Shown here: positions 38,759-47,614 of the stretch, in pieces
Layout: each line of letters opens with the position of its first letter
Position numbering within the stretch: the first letter of the stretch is position 1
Origin: Candidatus Marinacidobacterium sp.
GTDB taxonomy: Bacteria; Acidobacteriota; Vicinamibacteria; Marinacidobacterales; Marinacidobacteraceae
Length of the DNA stretch: 64,000 bases
Direction of reading: 5' to 3'
Assembly: GCA_965220965.1 (NCBI GenBank)
Contig: OZ244852.1
Location: 608,001 to 672,000, forward strand
Position numbers and translations under genes: made by a program
The notes under the pieces: model-generated
Told to the model about the DNA's origin: nothing
The model's database searches: none
What the model saw: the letters and a program-made list of their open reading frames with translations, nothing else

Positions 38759-39697
38759 TCAGCGGCCGGAGACCTCCATGGGCCGCAGCTCCTTCCAGCG
38801 CTCGATGAACGCGACCGCCGCGTCCACGAAGGCCTCCGCCTCCCTTCGGCCCCGCTCGACGCTCGAGGCCTCCAGATCGCGAACGCTCCAGACGCCGGTG
38901 TCCGTGAGCTCCCGGGTGGACGTCCCCTTGCCGGTCTCCTCGGCCTTCAGGCTCTCGGCGAGGAACACCCGAAGCGCGGTGGGATCCCCGTCGACCACCT
39001 CGGGGAGCATCCGCTCCAGGTGCTCGGGCATCGTCAGGGTCGTGTCCAGGGCCTGTCCCAGATCGACCAGATCGGGGATCAGGTAGAGCGAGCTCGAGGT
39101 CTCGCCGACCCCGCCGTGGCGATCGAACACCGGGCCCCCCGGGGCCGGCTCGCGCGCCGGCGCCTGTCGGAACGGCGTGGCCGCGGCGCCCAGCTCGACG
39201 GCGATGCCCTCGGTCTCGTGGTTGATCCGGTCGGCGATGTACTGCGAGATGACCCGGTTGCCGCCGTGCGAGTTGAGGATCAGGAACCGGCGGAAACCGT
39301 GGCGCATGAGGCTCTGCGCCGCTTCGAAGAAGACCTCCTGGATCAGTTCCGCGGGCAGGCTGATCGTGCCGGCGAATCCCAGGTGGTAGGGCGAGTTGCC
39401 CGGAAAGAGGATCGGCGCCACCAGCACATCGGTTCGCTGGGCGACGAGCTTGGCGCGCTCCAGCCCGTTCAGGATGTCGGTTCCGATCGGCAGATGGGCG
39501 CCGTGCTGCTCGAGGGCCCCGACCGGCAGGATGACCATGTCGGTCCGGGTGAGCAGCTCCTCGACTTCCGTCCAGCTCATGTGGGGCAGGTAGTTGCGGA
39601 CCTTCGTTTCTCCCCAGAGCGGATTCGTCTGGGCCCCGGCGAAGCCCGCGGTGAGGAAAACGGCGAGGATCGCCGGAGTGAAGAGCTTGCTGGACAT
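38759..39697 (-). CDS. Creatininase/creatinine amidohydrolase family protein with signal peptide
   Basis: MSWTEVEE, LPVGALEQHGAHLPIGTD, SPYH, NSHGGN, HGGVGETS. Confidence 0.87.
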   Translation of the reverse strand: MSSKLFTPAILAVFLTAGFAGAQTNPLWGETKVRNYLPHMSWTEVEELLTRTDMVILPVGALEQHGAHLPIGTDILNGLERAKLVAQRTDVLVAPILFPGNSPYHLGFAGTISLPAELIQEVFFEAAQSLMRHGFRRFLILNSHGGNRVISQYIADRINHETEGIAVELGAAATPFRQAPAREPAPGGPVFDRHGGVGETSSSLYLIPDLVDLGQALDTTLTMPEHLERMLPEVVDGDPTALRVFLAESLKAEETGKGTSTRELTDTGVWSVRDLEASSVERGRREAEAFVDAAVAFIERWKELRPMEVSGR

Positions 39698-39758
39698 GGG
39701 ACGGCCTCCGGGGGCGAAGGTATCCCACCGCGGGGCGGACCGCCCCGCGCGCTCCGGA

Positions 39759-40547
39759 CTATTCGGACGCGCGCTGCATGCGAATGATCTGGGCCACCGC
39801 CGGAGCCTCGAAGTACGGAGGGACGTCGAGGAGCGCGATCGGCTCGCGGGGCAGGGTGTCCTCCGACTTGAACTCGAAGTCCTCTCCGGTGGCCGTCCCG
39901 GCGTCGTAGGCGACCAGTTCCGCCGCCACCGCGTCATGCCAGCGGCCATCGGCGTCCGTCGCGCAGATGTCGGAGAACCCGACGAACCAGTCGGCGCTCG
40001 GGTCGATCATCTGCGCGTACGAGAAGCACGGCTTTTCGAGCGAGATCTCGACCGACGGGTCGGGAGTGAAGAAAAGGGCCAGCATCTCGGCGAGGCTCCG
40101 GAAGACGATCTCGCCTCCGGCGGCCTCCGCCTCGGCGAGAAGCGCAGCGGAGCTTCCGGTCTCGGCCAGGATCTTGAGCCCGTCCGAGGCGGTCTCGCCC
40201 GGCTTCCATGGAGCCTCGCCGGGCGCGTGCGCCACCATCGCCAGCGGCGGGGCGAAGTCCACTCCCTCCGGCAGCGATCCCGGCACGCGGGGGCTGATCA
40301 GCGGCTCCGGCTGGAGGAAGGTGTAGGTGGCGGTGGCGGGTTCGGGTTCGGGGGCCGGCGCCGGCGCCGGGGTGGGAGCGGGCGTCGGGGCGGGGGTCTC
40401 GGAGTCCCCGCAGGAGGCGAAAGCGGCCGCGGCGGCGAACAGGAGAACCTGGCCGGCGAAGCGGGTCAGTCGCTGGCGTTCAGGAAGAGATGGATGGGCG
40501 TTCAAGGGGGTCCTTCGCTGGCTTGGATCGGAACGGTGGGCGGACAT
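39759..40547 (-). CDS. Spondin_N (F-spondin/mindin-like) domain lipoprotein
   Basis: Lipobox-like FASC, Pro/Ala linker, WKPGETASDGLKILAETG, MIDPSADWFVG, YDAGT motifs. Confidence 0.78.
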   Translation of the reverse strand: MSAHRSDPSQRRTPLNAHPSLPERQRLTRFAGQVLLFAAAAAFASCGDSETPAPTPAPTPAPAPAPEPEPATATYTFLQPEPLISPRVPGSLPEGVDFAPPLAMVAHAPGEAPWKPGETASDGLKILAETGSSAALLAEAEAAGGEIVFRSLAEMLALFFTPDPSVEISLEKPCFSYAQMIDPSADWFVGFSDICATDADGRWHDAVAAELVAYDAGTATGEDFEFKSEDTLPREPIALLDVPPYFEAPAVAQIIRMQRASE

Positions 40548-40648
40548 CCGGTTCGGTCCGGCTGGTGAGATGGAGGAGACGAAACCTGATACCGGGAATC
40601 AGGTTCAGAACGTTACCGCGGCTCACGCCCGCACGGGGGGCCGCCGGC

Positions 40649-42409
40649 TCACCCCTGGCTTGCGCGGCGAAGCGCGAAGGCGGATGCGGTGCGCACCGGG
40701 TCTACGCCCGGCTGGAAGATGCGTTCGGACGCCGCTTTCGCCAGGGCGATCCCGCTGGGGCGCCCGAAGTGGCCGGTGAGGGCGGTCTCGGCGCGAATCT
40801 CGACATCGTGTCCGCGCTCTTCCAGCAGGCGCGCCACCTCGGAAGCCGAGGGGGTTCTCTCGTCGAGGCTGAGCGGGCCGGTGTCGGCGTGAAACCCCGG
40901 CCCCTCCGCGGCTTCCGGCAGGGAGACCCCGCGGCCGAGAGCCCGCGCCAGCATGATCGCCACCGCCGAGATGAGCCGGCGGCCCCCCGGAGAGCCGGCG
41001 ACGACCTCGAGCTCGCCGTCCCGGCAGACCAGCGCGGGCGCCGCCGCGTGGAGCGCGCGGCGACCCGGGGCGGGGGAGATCCTGTTCCCCGGCCTCGGGT
41101 CGAACCACATCATCCCGTTGTTCAGGGGATATCCGAGCCCGGGAACCGCGAACGCCGACCCGAACCGACCGCCGAGGGTCGCGGTGAAGGCGACCGCCAT
41201 CCCGTCCTCGTCCGCGACGTTCATGTGGGTGGTGCAGTCCCCCGCCGCGGCGGCCGGCGCGGCAGTGGCGTCGTCCGGGGCGCCGGCCGGCGCGGTCTCG
41301 GCCAGGGTCGGCGCCCGCGGTCCGTCCGCGGTCATCCCCGACCGCCGGGCCGCGAGATACGCGGGCTCGAGCAGCCCCGCGAGCGGGACCGGAACGCTCT
41401 CCGGGTCGCCCAGCCACCGGAAGCGGTCGTCGAACGCGAGCCGCAGCGCCTCCGCCGCGGCGTGCAGGAAGCGCGCGGTCCCGGCCGGCGCGGGATCCGC
41501 CGCCAGCGCCGCGGGGAAAGCGTCCAGGTGCGCGAGCGCCGCCAGCAGCGTCGGGCCGCCGGAGTTCGCCGGGAGCGTGACGACCTCCCGACCGAAGGCG
41601 GTTATCCGGATCGGATCCACCTCGCGGGCCGCCTCGGCGGCGAAGTCCTCGGGGGCGAGCACGCCGCCGGCTTCCCGCACGCCGTCCGCAAGCCGGCGGG
41701 CGAGGTCTCCCCGATAGAACGGCTCCGCGCCGTCCCGCGCGAAGCGACGCAGGCTGGCGGCGAGGTCCGGCAGCCGGAGCCGGTCGCTCTCGCCGGTCGG
41801 GACGAACGGACTCCCGTCGGGGCGGGTGTAGAGCGGGAACGCTCCGGGGGAGCGGCGCAGGCGCCGATAACCGGCGGCGGCGTGGACCGCGAAGACCCAG
41901 TCGGGGACGAAACCCTCGGAGGCCAGCCGTATCGCCGGTTCTACGGTCGTCTCGAAGGGGAGGCGGCCGAACCGGGCGTGGAGCGCGGCGAGCACCGCGG
42001 GAGCGGTCGGGACAAGGGCTGAGAGCGGGCCGGTCTCCGCCCGGTCTCCCTTCGTCGGAGGGAACCCGTAGAGCCCGCCGCCTACGCCGGGCAGGGGCTC
42101 GAACATGTCCTCGCGGGTCGACGCCGGACAGCGCGCGGCGCCCTCGAGCGCGGTGATGCGGGACCCGGCGACATCGCTCCCGGGCGCGCACACCAGGGCG
42201 TAGGCCGTTCCTCCCAGGCCGCTCATCGCGGGCTCCACAACGCCCGAGGCCAGCGCCGTCGCCACCGCGGCGTCCGCGGCGTTTCCGCCGGCGGCCAGGG
42301 TCTCCGCCCCGACCCGCGCTGCGATCCGGGACATCGCGGTGACGGCGCCGGCGTTCCCCCGGACCCGGAAACGTCCCGGCCGGGGAACGGCCTCGCGCAG
42401 GGTCAGCAC
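40649..42409 (-). CDS. ggt: Gamma-glutamyltransferase family (Ntn hydrolase)
   Basis: GGNAADAAVA, EPAMSGLGG, FYRG, autoprocessing CTTH, LNNGM, GSPGG. Confidence 0.88.
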   Translation of the reverse strand: MLTLREAVPRPGRFRVRGNAGAVTAMSRIAARVGAETLAAGGNAADAAVATALASGVVEPAMSGLGGTAYALVCAPGSDVAGSRITALEGAARCPASTREDMFEPLPGVGGGLYGFPPTKGDRAETGPLSALVPTAPAVLAALHARFGRLPFETTVEPAIRLASEGFVPDWVFAVHAAAGYRRLRRSPGAFPLYTRPDGSPFVPTGESDRLRLPDLAASLRRFARDGAEPFYRGDLARRLADGVREAGGVLAPEDFAAEAAREVDPIRITAFGREVVTLPANSGGPTLLAALAHLDAFPAALAADPAPAGTARFLHAAAEALRLAFDDRFRWLGDPESVPVPLAGLLEPAYLAARRSGMTADGPRAPTLAETAPAGAPDDATAAPAAAAGDCTTHMNVADEDGMAVAFTATLGGRFGSAFAVPGLGYPLNNGMMWFDPRPGNRISPAPGRRALHAAAPALVCRDGELEVVAGSPGGRRLISAVAIMLARALGRGVSLPEAAEGPGFHADTGPLSLDERTPSASEVARLLEERGHDVEIRAETALTGHFGRPSGIALAKAASERIFQPGVDPVRTASAFALRRASQG

Positions 42410-42459
42410 GGAAGCGTCCCGGTCCGGCGTTTCATGCTCGGCGCTTCATGCCCGGCGGT

Positions 42460-43434
42460 TCATGCAAGGACATCCGCGAGCAGCCCCGCTTCGGCGTTCC
42501 CTCCGCACAGCGGCAGCACGAGCCGCCGGTCGGCGAAGCGGTCCCGGTGCTCCAGCGCGGCGGCCACCCCGGCGGCGCCGGCGGGCTCCACGACGAGACC
42601 GAGCGTCCGGTGCAGCAGGCGAACCGCCTCCCGAAGCGAGTCCTCGCGCACCGCGAGGACTTCGTCGACCACCGAGCGCATGACCTCGACCGCCTCCGGG
42701 ACCGGGACCCGCACCGCGATCCCGTCGGCGATCGTCGCGGGCGCATCGGCCGCCGCCGAAGCGTCCCCGGTTTCGAACGCCCGTCGCATGACCGGCGCCG
42801 TCCCGGCGACGACCCCGATCACCCGAACGTCGGGACGGTATGCGCGGCAGTAGAGCCCCATGCCGCCGATCAGGGCGCCGTTCCCGACCGGAGAGACGAG
42901 CAGGTCGCCGGCGTCCGCCTCGAAGCACTCGAGCGCGATCGTTCCCGCGCCCTCGGTGATCTCCGGCTCCCGGCCGTCCTCCACGAACGCGGCGCCGGTC
43001 TCGTCGGCGAAGCCGCGCGCCGCCTCCTTGGCGGCGTCGAAGTCGTCGCCCTCGAGGCGGACCTCGGCCCCCAGCCGGCGCATCGCCGCGACCTTGTCCG
43101 GATTGGCCCGGACCGAAGAGAACACCGTGATCGGGATGGCGGCCCGGCGGGCGGCGAAGGCGAGCCCCTGTCCGAAGTTGCCGGCCGACCCGGTGACCCA
43201 GCCGGCCCGGCCGCCCGAGGCGTCCCGCTTCGCTTCCGCGCCGCGGCGGGCGCCGAACCAGCAAGCGCCCCGGGCCTTGAAGCTCCGGATGGGATTCAGC
43301 GTCTCGACCTTTACGAAGGCCCGGGCGCCGAGCGCTTCGGAGAGGTCCGCCGAGACGAACTGCGGGGTGTCGCGGAACTCCGCGGGAATTGCGCCGTGGG
43401 CCGGCTCGATCCGGTCGGCGCGGGGAGGGTCCAT
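42460..43434 (-). CDS. PLP-dependent threonine/serine dehydratase-like (PALP family) enzyme
   Basis: KVETLNPIRSFKARGA (PLP lysine), SAGNFGQG, PVGNGALIGG, TIADG, VEPAGA, CGGN. Confidence 0.88.
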   Translation of the reverse strand: MDPPRADRIEPAHGAIPAEFRDTPQFVSADLSEALGARAFVKVETLNPIRSFKARGACWFGARRGAEAKRDASGGRAGWVTGSAGNFGQGLAFAARRAAIPITVFSSVRANPDKVAAMRRLGAEVRLEGDDFDAAKEAARGFADETGAAFVEDGREPEITEGAGTIALECFEADAGDLLVSPVGNGALIGGMGLYCRAYRPDVRVIGVVAGTAPVMRRAFETGDASAAADAPATIADGIAVRVPVPEAVEVMRSVVDEVLAVREDSLREAVRLLHRTLGLVVEPAGAAGVAAALEHRDRFADRRLVLPLCGGNAEAGLLADVLA

Positions 43435-43547
43435 GGGCGCCCGGATGGTAGTCGGGCGGCCGCGCCGCCCGGACTGGTCGGCTCCGCATACACTCCGTCG
43501 GGTTCGCGGTGGCCGCCTGGCCGCCGGAGGCCATCAGGAGAACGAGC

Positions 43548-44696
43548 ATGAAGCGAGAGACGACACCGGACGCGCGCGGGGTGACCCGGCGGCAATTCGT
43601 GAAGGCGGGGGCGGCGGGAGCGGCGGCCCTCTCGACCGGGATCGCCCGGCCGGCGCGCGGCGCTCCGGCCGTCCAGAGTTCCGGGCCCCGGCCGGTCGTC
43701 ATTTCGTCCGGCAACGGGAACCGCTACAGGAACGGCGGCGACGAGGTCGTCGTCGAGCGCGCCTTCCGGATGATGACCGAGGGCGAGGACATCCTCGAGA
43801 GCCTGATCGCCGGCGTGAACATCGTCGAGCTCGACCCCGAGGACGCGAGCGTGGGCTACGGCGGCCTTCCGAACGCCGACGGCGTCGTCCAGCTCGACTC
43901 CTGCTGCATGCACGGTCCGCTGCGGCGGGCCGGAGGGGTGGCCGGGCTCGAAGGGGTCCGCACTCCGTCGAACGTGGCCCACCATGTCCTCCAGATCACC
44001 GACCATCACCTGCTGGTGGGGAAGGGCGCCCAGGTCTTCGCCCGCAACATGGGTCTCAAGATCGAGGACGACCTCAACTCCGACCGGTCCCGGGCGATGT
44101 GGCTCGAGTGGAAGCGGCGGATCGACCCGCGGCACTATCTCGACCCGAAGACGCGCGCCGACGCCGGTCACGCGGCGGGGCTCTCGATGGTCCGGGACGG
44201 GCTGATCCCCGAAGAGGACTACTACGGGACGATCAACTGCGACGGCCTCAACGCGAACGGCGACCTCGCGGGCGTCACCACCACCAGCGGGCTGGCGTGG
44301 AAGATCCCGGGACGGGTGGGAGACTCGCCCATCCTCGGCGCCGGCCTGTATGTGGACAACGAAGTCGGCGCGGCCGGCTCGACGGGCCGGGGCGAGGCGA
44401 ACCTCTACGGCCTGTGCTCGTACCTGGTCGTGGAAGAGATGCGCCGCGGAGCGCACCCGAAGGACGCCGCGATGACGGCGCTCGCCCGGGTCAAGGAGAA
44501 CACCGTCGAAAAGCGCCTCCTGAACAGCCGCGGCCTTCCGGCTTTCGGGCTGTCCTTCTACGTCCTGAACAAGGCGGGCGAGTACGCCGGCGTCTCGATG
44601 TACACCACCGAGCGCTCCACCTTCGCGGTCTGCACCGAGAACGGGCCGGAGTCGGTTCCCATGGAGCCGTACCTGGAGGGTTCCGCCTCCGACTGA
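43548..44696 (+). CDS. Type-2 asparaginase / glycosylasparaginase family Ntn hydrolase, Tat-exported
   Basis: Tat motif TRRQFVK, AGGAG SD, SVGYGGLPN, QLDS, nucleophile GTIN, TTSG...KIPGRVGDSP, TGRGE. Confidence 0.88.
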   Translation: MKRETTPDARGVTRRQFVKAGAAGAAALSTGIARPARGAPAVQSSGPRPVVISSGNGNRYRNGGDEVVVERAFRMMTEGEDILESLIAGVNIVELDPEDASVGYGGLPNADGVVQLDSCCMHGPLRRAGGVAGLEGVRTPSNVAHHVLQITDHHLLVGKGAQVFARNMGLKIEDDLNSDRSRAMWLEWKRRIDPRHYLDPKTRADAGHAAGLSMVRDGLIPEEDYYGTINCDGLNANGDLAGVTTTSGLAWKIPGRVGDSPILGAGLYVDNEVGAAGSTGRGEANLYGLCSYLVVEEMRRGAHPKDAAMTALARVKENTVEKRLLNSRGLPAFGLSFYVLNKAGEYAGVSMYTTERSTFAVCTENGPESVPMEPYLEGSASD

Positions 44697-44697
44697 T

Positions 44698-45069
44698 TTG
44701 GGTCACTCTCGTTTCGGAAAGGGGCGCCGCGGCCGCTTCCCGGCGGTCGGCGCCCTGATCGTCGGGCTGTTCGTCGGCGGCGTTGCGTTCGCGCAGCCCC
44801 CGAAAGCGGAAGAGGAAGAGGAGCCGCTCCCGCCTCCTCCGTCGATCTTCGATCTCTCCTACGAGGTGAGGAACCCGAGGGAACTGGGTCCCAAGGACTT
44901 CCAGAACCGCTGGCGGCGCATCTGGGGAGCGCTCGGGATGCGCGCCCACTACTACCCGTCACAGCTCAGCGGACCGGAGAACTGGCCCCCGCACCTCTAC
45001 GGCGGCGGGATGAACTACAGCATCTGGCGGGACACAGTCACCGGCTGGCATCAGGGCACACCGCCTTGA
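44698..45069 (+). CDS. Small hypothetical exported protein
   Basis: TTG start just after the upstream stop, signal peptide ending AFA, acidic/Pro linker, Trp/Tyr-rich tail. Fills the gap in a co-directional run. Confidence 0.55.
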   Translation: MGHSRFGKGRRGRFPAVGALIVGLFVGGVAFAQPPKAEEEEEPLPPPPSIFDLSYEVRNPRELGPKDFQNRWRRIWGALGMRAHYYPSQLSGPENWPPHLYGGGMNYSIWRDTVTGWHQGTPP

Positions 45070-45117
45070 ACCGCGCGTTGCGCGGAAGGGGCCGCGGCGT
45101 AAGCCATCCCTGACGCC

Positions 45118-46422
45118 TTGCGGGTCCTGAGCTTCACCGCCGGCGCGGGGGAGATGCTCTGCGGGAGCTGCATCCGCGACAACACCCTCGCCCGCGAGCT
45201 GGGACGCCGCGGGCACGAGGTCCGGCTCGCGCCGCTCTACCAGCGCAGCCGGACGGACGAGGAGAGCGTCTCCGACCCGTCGGTGCGCTTCGGCGGCGTC
45301 TCGGTGTTCCTGCAGCACGCCGCCCCCCTGTTCGGGCGGCTGGGCTTCGTGAACGCGTTCCTCGATTCGGGCCCGGTCGTGCGCCTCGCCGGGCGCTTCT
45401 CCGGTTCGACCGAGGCGAGTCGCCTCGGCCCGCTGACCGTGACCACGCTGCTGGCGGAGCGCGGGCCGGCGCGACGCGCCGTCGAGTCGCTCATGGCCTC
45501 GCTGTCCGGAGAGCGGTTCGATCTCGTCATGCTGCCGAACTCGTTGCTCCTCGGACTGGTCGCGCCCCTCAGGGCGGCCCTCGGCGCCCCGGTGATCGTC
45601 ACCTTCTCGGGCGAGGATCTCTTCCTCTCGCAGCTTCCCGAGGAGGACCGGAACGCGGCGCTCGACCTCATGCGGGAGGCGGCCCGCGAGGTGGACCTCT
45701 TCGTGGGCGTCACCGCTCACCACGCGAAGGACATGGCGCGCCGCCTCGGGGCGCCCGAGTCCCGGGTTGCGGTGGTCCGCCTGGGGGTCGACCCGGCCGG
45801 CTTCCCCGACGCGCCGAAGCCGGCCCCGGCGGATCCGCCCGACGAGGTCACGATCGCGTATCTCTCCCGCATCGCCCCCGAGAAGGGCCTCGACCGGTTG
45901 GCGGACGCCGTCGCCTCGGTCAGCCGGGCCGGGGGGCCGCGGCTCCGCGTCCGCGCCGCCGGGTGGATGGCGCGGAGCCAGCGCGGCTACCTGGCCGGCG
46001 TGCGCGCCCGTTTCGCGTCCGAGGCGCCGGGCGTCCGGTTCGACTACGAGGGGAGCCCGGACCGCGAGGGGAAGCTGCGGCTGCTGCGCGAGGCGGATGT
46101 GTTCGCGTTGCCCGCTGTCTTCCCCGAGCCCAAGGGCATTCCCCCGATCGAGGCGATGATGGCGGGAACCCCGGTCGTGCTGCCCGCGACCGGGGCCTAC
46201 CCGGACCTGATCCGCCGCACCGGCGGCGGCGTCCTGGCCCGCAGCGCCGATCCCGGGGACTTCGCGGCGGCGCTCGGGGACCTGCTGCGGGATCCGGAGG
46301 AACGCTCCCGCCTCGGCGCGGAAGGATTCCGGCGGGTGCGCGAGGAGCACTCCGCCCACCGCATGGCGGAAGACATGGAGGCCGCCTGGCGCGAGGCCGT
46401 CCGCATCCGCCGCGCCGCCTGA
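45118..46422 (+). CDS. Glycosyltransferase family 4 (GT-B) with N-terminal CGSC motif
   Basis: TAGAGEMLCGSCIRDN, RIAPEKG, EPKGIPPIEA (E-x7-E) motifs. Confidence 0.88.
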   Translation: MRVLSFTAGAGEMLCGSCIRDNTLARELGRRGHEVRLAPLYQRSRTDEESVSDPSVRFGGVSVFLQHAAPLFGRLGFVNAFLDSGPVVRLAGRFSGSTEASRLGPLTVTTLLAERGPARRAVESLMASLSGERFDLVMLPNSLLLGLVAPLRAALGAPVIVTFSGEDLFLSQLPEEDRNAALDLMREAAREVDLFVGVTAHHAKDMARRLGAPESRVAVVRLGVDPAGFPDAPKPAPADPPDEVTIAYLSRIAPEKGLDRLADAVASVSRAGGPRLRVRAAGWMARSQRGYLAGVRARFASEAPGVRFDYEGSPDREGKLRLLREADVFALPAVFPEPKGIPPIEAMMAGTPVVLPATGAYPDLIRRTGGGVLARSADPGDFAAALGDLLRDPEERSRLGAEGFRRVREEHSAHRMAEDMEAAWREAVRIRRAA

Positions 46423-46434
46423 CAACCTGATTTC

Positions 46435-47541
46435 ATGACCGATCCGCACGAATCCCGTCCTCATCCCGACGCGGTCGCATCCGCCCGCGCCGGGCTCGAC
46501 AGCCACGTCCGCGACATCGTCCGCTGGCACTTCTCGGAAGACACCGGCTGCTCCTTCTGGCTCGACTTTCGCGAGCGGCTGGACTTCGATCCGCTCACCG
46601 ACATCCGGGGTTTCGACGACCTCCGGCGCTTTCCTCCCTTCGAGGACGACTGGCTCCGGGGCGGGCCGGTCCGGCGGTGGGTCCCGAAGCCCTGGCAGGA
46701 CCGGCCCCTCTTCGTCTTCGAGACCGGGGGGACGACCGGCATTCCCAAGAGCCGCGTCGGCATCACCGACTTTCGCGAGGACTACGAGCTGTTCAGCGAG
46801 CTGCTTCCCGACGAGCACTTTCCCCGCGGCTCGAACTGGCTCATGCTCGGTCCCACCGGACCGCGCCGTCTTCGGCTCTCGGTCGAACACCTCGCCCAGC
46901 ACCGCGGCGGGATCGCGTTCTGCCTGGACCTCGACCCCCGCTGGGTCATCAAGCTGATCCGGAAGAACTGGCTGGAGCATCTCCAGGAGTACCAGCGCCA
47001 CTGCATCGACCAGGCGCTCACGATCCTCTCGGCGGGCCATGACATCCAGTGCCTGTTCACGACGCCCAAGCTGCTCGAGGCGCTCTGCCTGGCGCTCGAG
47101 GACCGCGGAAGCAGCCTCCGGGAGACGGGGATCCGCGGCATCTTTTCCGGGGGCACGGAGTTCACCCCCCAGTGGACGCGGTTCGCGGTCGAGGAACTGC
47201 TCGACGGGGTCTACCTCCAGCCCACCTACGGCAACACGCTCATGGGCCTCGCGCCCGCCCGTCCCCCGACGCCGGCCGACGGCTACACGATCGCCTATTA
47301 CCCGCCGATGCCACGGGCCGTGCTCGAGGTGGTCGACCCCGACAGCGGCGAGCTGGTGGACTACGGCGGGACCGGGCGCGTGCGCCTCACGACCCTGACC
47401 CGCGAGTTCTTCGTTCCCGGCTTTCTCGAGCGCGACGAGGGCGAACGCGAACGACCCTGGGGGCCCTACGCCTGGGACGGCGTCAGCGGGGTGCGCCCGT
47501 TCGGCCAGCTCCCCGGCGGCACGACCGTCGGGGTCTACTGA
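46435..47541 (+). CDS. EhpF/GriC-like atypical ANL adenylating enzyme lacking the C-terminal lid domain
   Basis: 368 aa; WHFSEDTGCSFW, ETGGTTGIPK (A3 loop), GPTGP, YGNT (A5-like), ERDEG, C-terminal GVY. Confidence 0.75.
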   Translation: MTDPHESRPHPDAVASARAGLDSHVRDIVRWHFSEDTGCSFWLDFRERLDFDPLTDIRGFDDLRRFPPFEDDWLRGGPVRRWVPKPWQDRPLFVFETGGTTGIPKSRVGITDFREDYELFSELLPDEHFPRGSNWLMLGPTGPRRLRLSVEHLAQHRGGIAFCLDLDPRWVIKLIRKNWLEHLQEYQRHCIDQALTILSAGHDIQCLFTTPKLLEALCLALEDRGSSLRETGIRGIFSGGTEFTPQWTRFAVEELLDGVYLQPTYGNTLMGLAPARPPTPADGYTIAYYPPMPRAVLEVVDPDSGELVDYGGTGRVRLTTLTREFFVPGFLERDEGERERPWGPYAWDGVSGVRPFGQLPGGTTVGVY

Positions 47542-47562
47542 GCCTCGGCGGCCCGCCCCGGA

Positions 47563-47605
47563 AGTCCTCCCGCACCCCGGTTCGGGACCCCGGTTCGGGA
47601 GGACT
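47563..47605. terminator. Hairpin between convergent genes, with an internal direct repeat
   Basis: AGTCCTCCCG...CGGGAGGACT 10-bp inverted repeat; ACCCCGGTTCGGG occurs twice within it. Confidence 0.45.
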
Positions 47606-47614
47606 CGGCCGGCC

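Noticed and set aside
40338-40397. Short tandem-like repeats (possible VNTR or CRISPR)
   Set aside because: They encode the Pro/Ala/Thr linker of the spondin protein. No repeat-spacer array or cas genes were seen anywhere in the window.
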